The translations under genes were made by a program, and so were the position numbers. 64,000 nucleotides of DNA, from the IMG/VR virus record IMGVR_UViG_3300002920_000044, positions 19,344 to 83,343 of that record, one strand, 5' to 3'. Positions 1 to 10,082 of this stretch are shown piece by piece. The notes beneath the pieces were generated by a model. It saw nothing but the letters and a program-made list of their open reading frames with translations, had not been told where the DNA came from and did not search any database. The stretch comes from a virus. Each line of letters opens with the position of its first letter. Position 1 is the stretch's first letter.

Positions 1-1161
1 TTATTCCATACATATTTTGAAATTAATAAAGAAGCATATGATGAAAGAACTAACTTCGGTATATTAGTTAAGCAAGTAAAATTGCCTTCATTCAATTTTA
101 ATACTTATCAAATGAACCAATATAATAGGAAACGTATTGTTCAAACTAAAATAAAATACGATCCAATTGATATCACTTTTCACGATGATAATAGTAACAG
201 CGTTACCAAGATGTGGGAAGCATATTACCGCTATTATTACAATGATGGATCAAAACCGACTAATGTATTAAGAGCAGAACAAGCTTCAAGCAGAAATGTA
301 TTCTTTGATGGGGATAGCCCAGATGATATTTCAAACTTTAATGTCAGAGATATCTACGACACACCTGCTAATGCAAAATATGATTGGGGATTATCTGGAG
401 GACAAAATCCAGTAGAAGGATATAGAGAAACATTAACGGGCGTTAAGGTTCCCTTTTTCAAAAGTATCACAGTATATGGGTTTAATCAACATAATTTCAT
501 AGCTTATGTTTTGATTAATCCTATTATCACAAACTTCTCACATGACACTTATAACTATGACAGCGGTAACGGTACAATGGAAAATAGAATGACCATTGAC
601 TATGAAACTGTTGTATACAGAACAGGCGCGTTAGACGGAAAAGATCCATCTACGATTGTGTCTGGGTTTGGTCTACCACAGAACTACGATACTACACCAA
701 GTCCTAACATTGCTGCCGGGGCAAATAGCTTGATACAAGGACAAGGTGGCCTAAAAGACGCAGCGGGCGGCTTCATCACTCAGCTAAGAAGAGGTAACAT
801 TAGAGGTGCTGTTCAAGGGGTTGAAGCGGTGATAACTCAAACAACTCAAAATTTAGACAGAACAATCAACGGGAGAAACTCTGGGCAGGCTATAGGTATT
901 GCTATCGCCAACACCCTACTTTCTGCTATTACAAATAAACCAGCAAACAGAAACGTCCCCTTCTCTTCTCCGACGGCAGTAGCTACGCCGGGTTTGACCG
1001 GGCTAGCAGGCTCGCCGATAATTGGTGGTGTATCTACTCCTTTAGTTCCGAATGCACCACCCACTGCAGGTACACAGTTTATAGATGATGGAAAAAAGGC
1101 GGGATTTCCAGTAGAAGCACCGTTTAATTCTGGAACTATTAATGCTAATAATATCGCATAA
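1..1161 (+). CDS. Tail tube / tube-initiator-like protein (T4 gp19/gp54-like fold), 5'-truncated by window edge
   Basis: Frame 1 is open from base 1 (LFHTYFEINK...GILVKQVKLPSF), so the TTG at 82 is internal. Motifs YDPIDITFHDD, NPIITNFSHDTYNY and MTIDYE resemble gp19-family tube proteins. Confidence 0.5.
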   Translation, partial: LFHTYFEINKEAYDERTNFGILVKQVKLPSFNFNTYQMNQYNRKRIVQTKIKYDPIDITFHDDNSNSVTKMWEAYYRYYYNDGSKPTNVLRAEQASSRNVFFDGDSPDDISNFNVRDIYDTPANAKYDWGLSGGQNPVEGYRETLTGVKVPFFKSITVYGFNQHNFIAYVLINPIITNFSHDTYNYDSGNGTMENRMTIDYETVVYRTGALDGKDPSTIVSGFGLPQNYDTTPSPNIAAGANSLIQGQGGLKDAAGGFITQLRRGNIRGAVQGVEAVITQTTQNLDRTINGRNSGQAIGIAIANTLLSAITNKPANRNVPFSSPTAVATPGLTGLAGSPIIGGVSTPLVPNAPPTAGTQFIDDGKKAGFPVEAPFNSGTINANNIA

Positions 1162-1164
1162 ATA
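1158..1164 (+). promoter_or_regulatory. T4-late-type promoter core ATAAATA (representative copy)
   Basis: ATAAATA or TATAAATA lies just upstream of ORFs at 1158, 1957, 3405, 6711, 9932, 12590, 17467, 18603, 22381, 23143, 26896, 31195, 32502, 35041, 36011, 48531, 52256 and 61804, and on the - strand at 39077 and 39087. It matches the T4 gp55 late consensus TATAAATA. Confidence 0.75.
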
Positions 1165-1169
1165 ATAGT

Positions 1170-1526
1170 ATGGCTATATTCTCAGTTAATAAAGTTAATC
1201 AAAATGTTAATATACTGGACAATTTCTACAATGAATCTCTTAGTGTAGATGCTTCACAGTGGGAAATTGTTTATTCTTTTTTTGCCAGTAACACACCAAA
1301 TCGTCAAACAGCCGAGACATTTGCTTCGTTGCTTTTCACCATTGCAGACAGGGGCGAGTTTAATGTTTTAGACCTACTAGCCTCAATCAAAGGTTCTAAT
1401 AATCGTTTAGAAATGAATCAAATAATCTGTTTCTACCTGAACTCTTTTAGAACAAGAACAGCTTTATATGGCATAGGTACCGTCCCCCCTCCTAATGAAA
1501 CTGTTCAGCGTAATGTGGTGTTGTAA
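1170..1526 (+). CDS. Hypothetical protein, probably virion-associated
   Basis: 118 aa ORF after a late motif, coupled to the next gene. Confidence 0.55.
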   Translation: MAIFSVNKVNQNVNILDNFYNESLSVDASQWEIVYSFFASNTPNRQTAETFASLLFTIADRGEFNVLDLLASIKGSNNRLEMNQIICFYLNSFRTRTALYGIGTVPPPNETVQRNVVL

Positions 1527-1960
1527 TGACAAAATTTGCTCAAGGAATATATACACCCAAGAACCCCCAGAAATACATTGGCAATCATCAGCCCAGGTAT
1601 CGTTCAAGCTGGGAATTGGTGTTTATGACTTTCTGTGACAGTAACGAGAATATTGTTTATTGGGCAAGTGAGGCTTTAAAAATTCCTTACAAGCATCCAG
1701 TTACTGGTAAGCAAACAGTTTACGTGCCAGATTTCTTTGTTGTATATAACAATAAGTTTGGACAGCGAATAGCTGAAGTTGTGGAAATTAAACCCAAGAA
1801 GCAAAGCTTAATTGAAAGTAAAGCTGCTAGTGCGAAAGACAGGCTTATAGTTGCTATTAACCACGCTAAATGGGACGCTGCAACCAAATACTGTAAACGA
1901 AACGGATACGCTTTCCGAGTAATTACGGAAGATCAAATTTTTCACACTAGCAGAAGATAA
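1526..1960 (+). CDS. Head completion protein, T4 gp4-like (TnsA-like PD-(D/E)XK fold)
   Basis: YRSSWE...WASE..IPY...YVPDF...EIKP matches the T4 gp4 pattern YRSxWE/WxSE/IPY/EIKP. Confidence 0.8.
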   Translation: MTKFAQGIYTPKNPQKYIGNHQPRYRSSWELVFMTFCDSNENIVYWASEALKIPYKHPVTGKQTVYVPDFFVVYNNKFGQRIAEVVEIKPKKQSLIESKAASAKDRLIVAINHAKWDAATKYCKRNGYAFRVITEDQIFHTSRR

Positions 1961-1992
1961 ATACTTTACATAATGTTTTAGGAAAACATAAT

Positions 1993-2877
1993 ATGTTTAA
2001 TTGGTTTTGGAGATTGTTAGGTATTCCCACTACTGCTCTTCGTACGGTTAATACCACAGTACCCACTACTGTGAAAAAAGAAGAACCAACTAATGAGCCT
2101 CTAGAATTACCTGTAGAATTGTCCGTTGTAGTTGAAGAAACTACTGAAGAACCTGAAAAAAAGAAATTGGACAAGGAAGTATTCTTCGCAGAGTTGAGAG
2201 TGGGAATGTTTCGTTCAGGTCTTAAAACCACACAAATAAAAGGTATTGAAGCTTTACTAGATGAGATGTATGGTCAGCCAGTAAGCTGGATAGCCTACGC
2301 ACTAGCGACAGCATATCATGAAACCAAAAAAAGCATGAAGCCTAATACCGAGAGCTTGAACTATAGCGTTCAGGGACTTTTGAACACCTTCGGTCGTCAT
2401 CGTATAAGCGTTGAAGATGCCAATAGATTAGGCAGAAAGCCGGGAGAGGGGGCTTTACCTGTAGCAAGACAAAAAGCCATCGCAAATATCATCTACGGCG
2501 GAGAATGGGGTAAAAAAAACCTAGGCAACACTGAAGCTGATGATGGTTGGAAATACCGGGGGCGAGGAATGGACCATTGCACCGGTCGCAGAAATTATGG
2601 GTTAACTGGCAATGATATAGAAGTAGACTTGATTACCAAACCCGAGCTACTGTTACAATTACCAAACGCAGTGAAAGCACTACACTTGGGAATGTCTACT
2701 GGTAGATATGTCCCTGGGCATTTTTTTTCTACATATTTACCTTCAGTTGGCAATGCGACCAGACAGCAGTTCAGAAACGCAAGAAGAATTATCAATGGAA
2801 CTGACAAAGCTGAATTAATTGCTGATTACGCGCTATATTTTCAAGAAGCTTTGAACAAAGCCGGTTATAAAGACTAA
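1993..2877 (+). CDS. Endolysin, glycoside hydrolase family 19, with N-terminal extension
   Basis: AYALATAYHET, ESLNYS, LGNTEADDGWKYRGRG..TGRRNY and ARRIINGTD are GH19 phage lysin motifs. Confidence 0.8.
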   Translation: MFNWFWRLLGIPTTALRTVNTTVPTTVKKEEPTNEPLELPVELSVVVEETTEEPEKKKLDKEVFFAELRVGMFRSGLKTTQIKGIEALLDEMYGQPVSWIAYALATAYHETKKSMKPNTESLNYSVQGLLNTFGRHRISVEDANRLGRKPGEGALPVARQKAIANIIYGGEWGKKNLGNTEADDGWKYRGRGMDHCTGRRNYGLTGNDIEVDLITKPELLLQLPNAVKALHLGMSTGRYVPGHFFSTYLPSVGNATRQQFRNARRIINGTDKAELIADYALYFQEALNKAGYKD

Positions 2878-2890
2878 TAGGAGAAATAGT

Positions 2891-3382
2891 ATTACTAAAA
2901 AATTAACAGAACTCTTTCAGTTACCAGAAGCAAATGATGATAAAGAAGAAACTGTAATTCAGGTTTCTGAACAGGATGAAGTTGCTGAAGATGTTTATGA
3001 CACATTAGAAAAAATTGACAGAGCTTTACCACAAGTTAAGGGACTAGAATTTTCAGACGTTGAGTTCGACGAGATAGCTAGAATGGCTATTGAAAGTTAC
3101 AAAGAGTTGATGGAACTTGGAATGAATGTTGAACCTAGACATGGTCCTGAAATATTTAATAGTGCAAGTAGTATGTTGGGACATGCCATTGCATCAAAAA
3201 CAGCTAAAGTGAACAAGAAACTGAAAATGCTAGAGTTACAAATAAAGAAAGCGCAGATAGATGCTAAGTTAGCCGCTAAGCTTGAACAAGTGGATAGTAC
3301 TCCTGTGGGTGAGGGAAAATTATTGGACCGCAATGAATTATTGAAAATGCTTTCTAGTAGAGGTAAACCAGACAACCCATAA
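2891..3382 (+). CDS. Conserved late protein, possibly terminase small subunit (gp16-like); probable ATT start
   Basis: Frame is open from 2855. AGGAGA (2879-2884) sits 6 nt before ATT-ACT-AAA-AAA-TTA, with no ATG/GTG/TTG until 3083. Helical EPRHGPEIF segment loosely recalls T4 gp16 SPRHMEVF. Confidence 0.4.
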   Translation: MTKKLTELFQLPEANDDKEETVIQVSEQDEVAEDVYDTLEKIDRALPQVKGLEFSDVEFDEIARMAIESYKELMELGMNVEPRHGPEIFNSASSMLGHAIASKTAKVNKKLKMLELQIKKAQIDAKLAAKLEQVDSTPVGEGKLLDRNELLKMLSSRGKPDNP

Positions 3383-3438
3383 AACTAAAATATTTATTGG
3401 AATGATAAATACTTCTATATATTAGAGGTATATACTTA

Positions 3439-4071
3439 ATGAAAAGCCTAAAGCACTTTATACTGGAAAGCATCCACACTTACAACTATAAGATTAAAGT
3501 TGCAGGTGAAATCGACGAAAACAAGATAGAGTTACTAAAGCTTAACTTACAAAAATTCAGCCCAGTTAAGATTACTGGACCAAAGTCAACCCCTATCCAA
3601 AGGCATCCAGCCGGTTTCGTTGGGGTAGAAAATGAGCGCGTAAACATAATTGAAATGGAATGTCGTTATCCTGTTATTGAACCCTACGTAAAGCAAATTG
3701 CGCAGCTTCTTGGAATTGACCCAAATCGTGTCAAAATGGAAGGTACCAATTATTCAGATAGCATTGATACTGAAGCCGACGCATATGCAAAACAAGCTTC
3801 ACACAGTCCTCTTTTAAACCACGAAGAACTTGAAGAGCAGCCTGGAGCTAAGGAAGCAAGCAAACAGTATGCAAATAGCTACTTAGATTATGTTAAGGAA
3901 CAGACCAAAGAAGACAAGATGGAATATGTGTTTGCTGCTGACAAGATTAAAATTGATTTTGATCCTTTTAAACCAGAAACACTACACAAATCAATGGGAA
4001 CAAACAGTCCAATGACTAAAATCAAACTGCCTGAAAGGCCAAAAACGGGAAGAACAGGAACTAAATTATGA
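3439..4071 (+). CDS. Putative head-internal protein with capsid-targeting-like leader
   Basis: Begins MKSLKHFILE|S, similar to T4 IP leader MKTYQEFIAE; late motif at 3405. Confidence 0.5.
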   Translation: MKSLKHFILESIHTYNYKIKVAGEIDENKIELLKLNLQKFSPVKITGPKSTPIQRHPAGFVGVENERVNIIEMECRYPVIEPYVKQIAQLLGIDPNRVKMEGTNYSDSIDTEADAYAKQASHSPLLNHEELEEQPGAKEASKQYANSYLDYVKEQTKEDKMEYVFAADKIKIDFDPFKPETLHKSMGTNSPMTKIKLPERPKTGRTGTKL

Positions 4072-6647
4072 AAGATATTATTAGCAAGCTATCAGATATA
4101 GAAAACACCCCGGACAGACTCGGTAAGGCAACTAAGAAAATCCTTAAGGAAGAAAAGACACCAAAACTTAAAAGTATTTCTAAAAACTCATCTTTCAAAG
4201 ATGTATTTGAAAATATGAGTAATATGAAGCCTCTTCCTGTTGTAAATCAAGCCGGAACAGACAATCAAAAAACAGGTACTACTGGTTTTCTAGACATTGA
4301 CGACAATAGCCCATCGGCTAAAGCAATTCAAGCTGCGGTATCTGATTTGGCTCAACAGAACAAAGCGCAAATTGTATTACCAAAAGCACAAGCAGGTCCA
4401 CCTAACAATAACAGCGCGCAAAATACGCAAACAGTAAACCAAAACCAGCAAAACCAAAACCAACAAAACCAAAACCAGCAACCTCTGAAAGAAGTTGACA
4501 GTATAAAAAAAGTTGCCTCAGTTTATGTAAGCTTAACTGACGATGAATGCGAAGCTGAATATGAATTTGACGAGGATGGTGATATCGAACTAATTGGCGT
4601 CTATGATTCAAACGACAGGAATATAATGGACTTGTTAACTTTTAATGAGCTTGAGTCAGTTAGACAACAGGTTATGGATAGTCTAGAAAATAATGAAGGT
4701 AAAAAAAATCAGGTTGCTCAAGAAGGCAAGAAGGTTGACAGAATGGTATCACATATCAAAAAGTCAGAAGAAAAAGCCGGCAAGAACAAGAAGATTAATG
4801 AGGGCATCAAAGAAAAAATAAAGGGCGCAATTCGCAGAGAGCTTCAAAAAGACGTTCCTTTAGTGCAGACTAGAAAAGATTATGCATGGATGCAAGCTGG
4901 CGATGCCTACAGTAAAGGTGACAAGCGTAAAGGAGATCGATACATGGCTTGGCAAGAAAGAAGTCGCAAAAAATATGATGATACAACAACTAATCTAGAA
5001 GGATCCTATAGAACTAAGACTTCTGACTTTAATGAAAGCAAAAAGCCAGATTTCCTGGACTTGGGTAAAAATGATAATAAGAAAGAACCTATGATGAAAG
5101 CAATGAACAACAAAAAGAAACAGAAGGTAAAAGAATCCATGAAACACAAAATCAATGCAGCCAGACTAGAAGGTAAAACACACGGTTTACGTGGCCATGC
5201 TTATCACGGTAATACTTACGAACATATAGAAGAAAAGAGGGCATATCATGAAGGCTACAAGGAGGGACTTGATGAGTGCTATATGAACGAAAACATGATT
5301 GGCAAGCGCTTTATAAAAGAAGGTGACAACCAGGGCGCGGCAGAAGAACTAGAGTATCTTGCAGAACAAATCATGGAGCTAACTGAACAAGCAATGAGCG
5401 TTGTTCGTGGTACACCAGAAGAGAGAAGAGCAGAAAGATATTGGTATTCCCAAATTTTAGGCGCAATTTCTAGGGATAATAGTTACGGTGCTAGCAGTAT
5501 GGTTACTATTATGGATACTGTTGCAGTACTTAATGACATGGAGTCAGACACCAAGTTTGACGAAATGTTTGAAAGTTGGGACAAGCAACTTAAAAAACTA
5601 ATCAACGAGAACAAAAAACAGTCCAAGAAGCCCCTAAAAGAAGGCTTAAGTGTTTCTATAAACAGGGGCCACAGTATAGGACAAGATTCAGTAAGTATCA
5701 CTGCTACTGACCAAGATGCAGATGAGCTATTGGCACTTATTAAAAACTCAGGTCTAGGAATATTCAGTGACGAGGCAGTGCTAGAACCGTCAAGCGCAAT
5801 GTCTCTCCGACCACAAGAAGCTGGGGTAGGGCTAGAAATTGAAGTTGATGACAACCCAGTTTCAATGATTGGACTAATGCAAAAGCTATCTGGTATAGAA
5901 GATGCCCCGGGCAATGATTATGAAGAAGAATATTATGACTACGAATCTTTTGGTAAAGAAGAAGTTGAAGACGAAGATAGCGGAGAAAGAAAGGTTAAAG
6001 AAAAGTTTAACACTTGTGTGGAATGTGGCAAAATAATGGAAACAGGGCACTCATGTGGTTCTAAAGAAGTAACCGAAGAATCTATCTTCCTTGGTCTAAT
6101 TAACAAGCTCAACAAACTAGCTGAAGGCGAAGAGTTTGATTCTGAGGGAAACCGACTCGCATCAGAGGAATCTTTTGATAGCTTTAAAGAAAAGGTAATA
6201 GCAAGTAACGATCCTTTTGAAATTGTGCACGACGGTCTCAAAGGGTTATACGGTGACGAGGTTCTAGAACAACTTCAGCAATATGAAGATGAAGTAATTC
6301 GGGACAGTGAAGGTATGCTACACCCTGATGATGATCATGAAGAAATTGTTGACCGTATCATTGAAAAGATGAATGAACCAGAAGAAGATAACAGCGATGA
6401 AATGGAAATAGACAGTGATATGGACTTTGATAGCGAAGAACTTCATGAGTGGGCAAACAAGGCCGGTAAAAGAGGTACAGAACACGCCTTTGTTCAGGAT
6501 ACTGAATTCATGACCCAGACTATTGCTGGCGGTCTCAACAAGCCCAAATCAACTGGCCAGACAACTATTCCAGTGATTGCAAGTCAAACTGATAGGCAGG
6601 ATATCGGGCTTAGTGATATAGCAAAACTAGCAGGAATAAAGAAATAA
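4068..6647 (+). CDS. Large acidic low-complexity protein, putative prohead core/internal protein
   Basis: 859 aa, very E/D/K-rich, with many [ILVF]-x-E sites; overlaps the upstream stop; followed by a terminator. Confidence 0.5.
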   Translation: MKDIISKLSDIENTPDRLGKATKKILKEEKTPKLKSISKNSSFKDVFENMSNMKPLPVVNQAGTDNQKTGTTGFLDIDDNSPSAKAIQAAVSDLAQQNKAQIVLPKAQAGPPNNNSAQNTQTVNQNQQNQNQQNQNQQPLKEVDSIKKVASVYVSLTDDECEAEYEFDEDGDIELIGVYDSNDRNIMDLLTFNELESVRQQVMDSLENNEGKKNQVAQEGKKVDRMVSHIKKSEEKAGKNKKINEGIKEKIKGAIRRELQKDVPLVQTRKDYAWMQAGDAYSKGDKRKGDRYMAWQERSRKKYDDTTTNLEGSYRTKTSDFNESKKPDFLDLGKNDNKKEPMMKAMNNKKKQKVKESMKHKINAARLEGKTHGLRGHAYHGNTYEHIEEKRAYHEGYKEGLDECYMNENMIGKRFIKEGDNQGAAEELEYLAEQIMELTEQAMSVVRGTPEERRAERYWYSQILGAISRDNSYGASSMVTIMDTVAVLNDMESDTKFDEMFESWDKQLKKLINENKKQSKKPLKEGLSVSINRGHSIGQDSVSITATDQDADELLALIKNSGLGIFSDEAVLEPSSAMSLRPQEAGVGLEIEVDDNPVSMIGLMQKLSGIEDAPGNDYEEEYYDYESFGKEEVEDEDSGERKVKEKFNTCVECGKIMETGHSCGSKEVTEESIFLGLINKLNKLAEGEEFDSEGNRLASEESFDSFKEKVIASNDPFEIVHDGLKGLYGDEVLEQLQQYEDEVIRDSEGMLHPDDDHEEIVDRIIEKMNEPEEDNSDEMEIDSDMDFDSEELHEWANKAGKRGTEHAFVQDTEFMTQTIAGGLNKPKSTGQTTIPVIASQTDRQDIGLSDIAKLAGIKK
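4437..4481 (+). repeat. 3 x 15 bp in-frame tandem repeat (NQNQQ)3
   Basis: aaccaaaaccagcaa / aaccaaaaccaacaa / aaccaaaaccagcaa read directly from the sequence. Confidence 0.9.
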
Positions 6648-6671
6648 TCAATCCTTACTATCGATAATCAG

Positions 6672-6700
6672 AAACAGGGGCTTTGTGCCCCTGTTTTATT
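6672..6700 (+). terminator. Intrinsic terminator
   Basis: 10 bp stem aaacaggggc-tttgt-gcccctgttt followed by a T-rich tract, just after the 6647 stop. Confidence 0.8.
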
Positions 6701-6751
6701 ATATCTTTTGATAAATATTCTAGACAGCATGGTTATTGAAAGGAATTTACC

Positions 6752-9700
6752 CTGGCACAGAAAAATATAAATTTTGGATCTTTTCCTGACGATCCCAATG
6801 CAGATCAGATTCGTGATGCGTTCGCTAAGGTTCAAGAAAACTTCACTGAATTGTATTCAGGAAAACAAAACAAGGGCGTTCTATCTTTAAACAGGACTCC
6901 CGGGGAAGGTATCACGGTAAGCTCCCCTACAGGAGATGTTATTGTTACTGCCAATATTGCGCAGGTAAGAATCTCAAGTAACACTCTTGCAGTTTCAGCA
7001 GGAGCAGGTATCCCGGGCTCATTGGCTGTTATTACAAATGGCGGAACTCCGTTCGTAATTAATATCCCAGAAACGTTGTCTAACGTGGGCAATATCAACC
7101 TAAGCAATAACCTGACAGCAAATACTTTAACTGTAAACAATACTATCACTGGTAGTAATGCCAACTTTACTGGTAATTTAACAGTCAATACTTTATTAGC
7201 ACAAAACGCGAATATCACTTCATTATCAACTGGAAATGGCAATGTAACCGGAACTTTTATTACTGCCAACCTACAATCATCCAATGCTAATATCAACTCT
7301 TTGAATGTAGATAATATTAACGCAACTGGAAATATAACAGCCAATTTCTTCTCAGGTAACGGAAGTCAACTAACCGGTGTTATTGCAGCCCCTGGCCCAC
7401 TAATTATCAACGGCACAAGTAACGTAAATATCCCTACTTCGGGGGGCAACATCCTAGCAACCGTTAACGGAAATACAATTGTCAATATCAATAATTCTGG
7501 TTTGGTTGTCACTGGAAATATTTCTGCTAACAACTTTAATGGTAGATTAACAAACGGTGGAACAAGCAATGTTAATATCACTGGTGCAACTGGCAACGTT
7601 ATTTTAGCTGTCTCGGGCACAAGTAGAGTTACTGCCACTCCAATAGGTGCAGAAATAAACGGTGAATTGTCAGTTTCTGGAAATGTTACTGCAGGAAATA
7701 TTGCTACTACAACGCTAACATCTGGTGCTAACATAACAGCTAATAGAGTGGTCATAACTAATCCCACGTTACCTCCTCTTGTAGTTTCGTCAAATGCACA
7801 AGTAGCCAACTTGAATGCTTCTTTATTACAGGGTTACTCGGTATCTATTAATACTCCTGATCCTGAAACAATTGTAGCTAGAAACAGCAGCGGGAATATT
7901 GTTGTAACTGGTATTTCAGGTAACGGTGCTGGACTAACTAACTTGCTTGGTGTCAATGTGGTTGGTGCAGTAGCATCAGCAAATGTGGCAACAACAGTGT
8001 CAGCAAATAACCAGCCCAATATCACAAGTGTTGGCACGTTGTCATCGCTAAATGTAACGGGCGCAGTTCAATTAAACGGTCCTACAGTAAACTTAGGCCA
8101 TGTAAGCAATGTTAAGATATTCGGTGGCACAAACTCACAGGTATTAGGCACTGATGGTAACGGTAATTTGTCATGGGTCTCAGCTTTGGCGGCGGAAAGC
8201 GCAATTACAGTTACAGCCAATGCGCAACCTAATATCACATCAGTTGGAACTTTAACATCATTAACTGTATCAGGCAACACATCACTAGCTAATGTTTCCG
8301 CTACAAATATATCTGGCAATGGTACAAACATAACTAATATCAATGCCAATAATATCACAACTGGCACAATATCAACAGCAAGACTTGGTGTAGGTACAGC
8401 GAACAACCAGACATTCTTGAGGGGCGACAATACTTGGCAACCTGGTCCGTTAGGGTATACAGGTAGTCAGGGTAACACTGGCTTTACTGGATCACAGGGT
8501 TTCACTGGCTCGCAGGGCATTCAAGGTATACAGGGAATTCAAGGAGTAACTGGTCCGACCGGTTTTACTGGATCACAAGGTTTCACTGGATCGCAGGGTA
8601 TTCAGGGACCAACCGGCCCAACTGGTCCACAAGGCCCAATTGGCTTTACGGGATCACAAGGCATTCAGGGGGTAACTGGTCCAGCTGGCCCAACTGGTCC
8701 ACAAGGCCCAATTGGTTTCACTGGCTCGCAAGGAGCAACAGGACCAACCGGCCCAACAGGACCAACCGGCCCAACAGGACCAACCGGCTTACGTGGCTTC
8801 ACTGGAAGTCAGGGACCAACTGGCCCAACTGGTCCACAAGGCCCAATTGGCTTTACGGGCTCTCAAGGAGCAACAGGCCCAACTGGCCCACAAGGCCCAA
8901 TTGGTTTCACCGGCTCGCAAGGAGCAACAGGACCAACCGGCCCAACTGGTCCACAAGGCCCAATTGGCTTTACGGGATCACAAGGACCAGCCGGGCCGTC
9001 AACTATTATCAACTCCACTGATGATACGTCTACGATAACTCATTATCCAGTCTTTGTTGCAGGTACAGGAAACCAAACAGCCAAAATAAGAACTACTGAT
9101 TTTTCGTTTAATTATATTCCATCTACAGGGACTCTTAGGACATCTAAATTGAATGTTGGATCTTATGGGGCGGATTATGGAAGGCCATGGTTATTGGTTT
9201 CAAGAGAAGATAAAAACAGTACCACTGATGTTGGAGTTATCAACGGAACAATTGGTCTTTCAGCAGCAGTTAATTTCTCAAGAATTACTGGCACAGGATT
9301 TAGTTATTGCAATTGGAAATTAGCAGATAACAACGGAGCTCCTTTTGATGTATACGATTATGGTTCAGCAGTGACTCATACTGGATGGTTATATAACGGA
9401 ACTGAAAGAATGCGACTTACCTCTGATGGTAAATTAGGTATAGGAATTAGTTCTCCCTCTCAAAGCTTGCATGTTTCTGGCCAAATATTAGCGACTGATA
9501 ATATTACAGCGTATTCAGATAGAAGATTGAAGAAAGATGTAGAAACTATCAAAAATGCGATTGACCTAGTCAACAACATGAGAGGCGTAACTTATACCAG
9601 AATAGACACTGGCTCTCGGGGCGTCGGTGTAATTGCCCAAGAAATTCAAAAAGTATTGCCTGAAGTTGTAACTATCAATGGTGATAAAGATAATACTCTA

Positions 9701-9787
9701 TCAGTGGCATACGGTAACATAATAGGGGTTTTAATTGAGGCTATCAAAGAATTGAAAGCTGAAATTGACTTATTAAGGAAAAAATAA
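6752..9787 (+). CDS. Tail fibre with collagen-like region and C-terminal peptidase S74 intramolecular chaperone; probable CTG start
   Basis: N/T/G-rich beta-repeat region, about 61 Gly-X-Y triplets, then SDRRLKKDV...GVIAQE...[17 protein letters not shown] (S74). The frame extends upstream to an in-frame TGA at 6737; AAGGA precedes CTG-GCA-CAG-AAA ([14 protein letters not shown]). Confidence 0.8.
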   Translation: MAQKNINFGSFPDDPNADQIRDAFAKVQENFTELYSGKQNKGVLSLNRTPGEGITVSSPTGDVIVTANIAQVRISSNTLAVSAGAGIPGSLAVITNGGTPFVINIPETLSNVGNINLSNNLTANTLTVNNTITGSNANFTGNLTVNTLLAQNANITSLSTGNGNVTGTFITANLQSSNANINSLNVDNINATGNITANFFSGNGSQLTGVIAAPGPLIINGTSNVNIPTSGGNILATVNGNTIVNINNSGLVVTGNISANNFNGRLTNGGTSNVNITGATGNVILAVSGTSRVTATPIGAEINGELSVSGNVTAGNIATTTLTSGANITANRVVITNPTLPPLVVSSNAQVANLNASLLQGYSVSINTPDPETIVARNSSGNIVVTGISGNGAGLTNLLGVNVVGAVASANVATTVSANNQPNITSVGTLSSLNVTGAVQLNGPTVNLGHVSNVKIFGGTNSQVLGTDGNGNLSWVSALAAESAITVTANAQPNITSVGTLTSLTVSGNTSLANVSATNISGNGTNITNINANNITTGTISTARLGVGTANNQTFLRGDNTWQPGPLGYTGSQGNTGFTGSQGFTGSQGIQGIQGIQGVTGPTGFTGSQGFTGSQGIQGPTGPTGPQGPIGFTGSQGIQGVTGPAGPTGPQGPIGFTGSQGATGPTGPTGPTGPTGPTGLRGFTGSQGPTGPTGPQGPIGFTGSQGATGPTGPQGPIGFTGSQGATGPTGPTGPQGPIGFTGSQGPAGPSTIINSTDDTSTITHYPVFVAGTGNQTAKIRTTDFSFNYIPSTGTLRTSKLNVGSYGADYGRPWLLVSREDKNSTTDVGVINGTIGLSAAVNFSRITGTGFSYCNWKLADNNGAPFDVYDYGSAVTHTGWLYNGTERMRLTSDGKLGIGISSPSQSLHVSGQILATDNITAYSDRRLKKDVETIKNAIDLVNNMRGVTYTRIDTGSRGVGVIAQEIQKVLPEVVTINGDKDNTLSVAYGNIIGVLIEAIKELKAEIDLLRKK
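8444..8998 (+). repeat. Collagen-like Gly-X-Y repeat ([19 protein letters not shown] units)
   Basis: Uninterrupted G-X-Y periodicity over about 185 codons, with DNA-level duplicated blocks such as ggtccacaaggcccaattgg. Confidence 0.95.
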
Positions 9788-10082
9788 TGGAAATCCCGTG
9801 TGGGTATAATTAGAATGACTATATAAAAACTAAAGTTTAGACAACGACTTTAGCACAGGGGATGATATTACACCAAATAAGTTGCATCCCAGTAAAAGAA
9901 AAGTTGAGCAAATTCAAACAGCAAAAATGTGATAAATACATTGTATAGAGAATTCAAATGACCGGACAAATATCTAGAAAGATTTCTTTTTCGAACAAAA
10001 CAAAGGACAAAGCTGTAATGTCTAGGAATAGGTATAGACGTAGAAGCCTCAACGTTTTTAGAGGCCGAGGCAGATAAAACAC

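Noticed and set aside
1526-1960. Tn7 TnsA transposase indicating a transposon
   Set aside because: There are no TnsB/TnsC genes or terminal repeats; the sequence and virion-gene context fit T4 gp4 head completion protein.
6832-8430. Several long minus-strand ORFs opposite the tail fibre, and similar antisense ORFs elsewhere
   Set aside because: They are shadow frames of strongly biased + strand genes, with no RBS, promoter or recognisable motifs.
8712-9038. Alternative-frame ORF with QQDQPA repeats
   Set aside because: It is a by-product of the collagen-coding periodicity, with no RBS or independent features.
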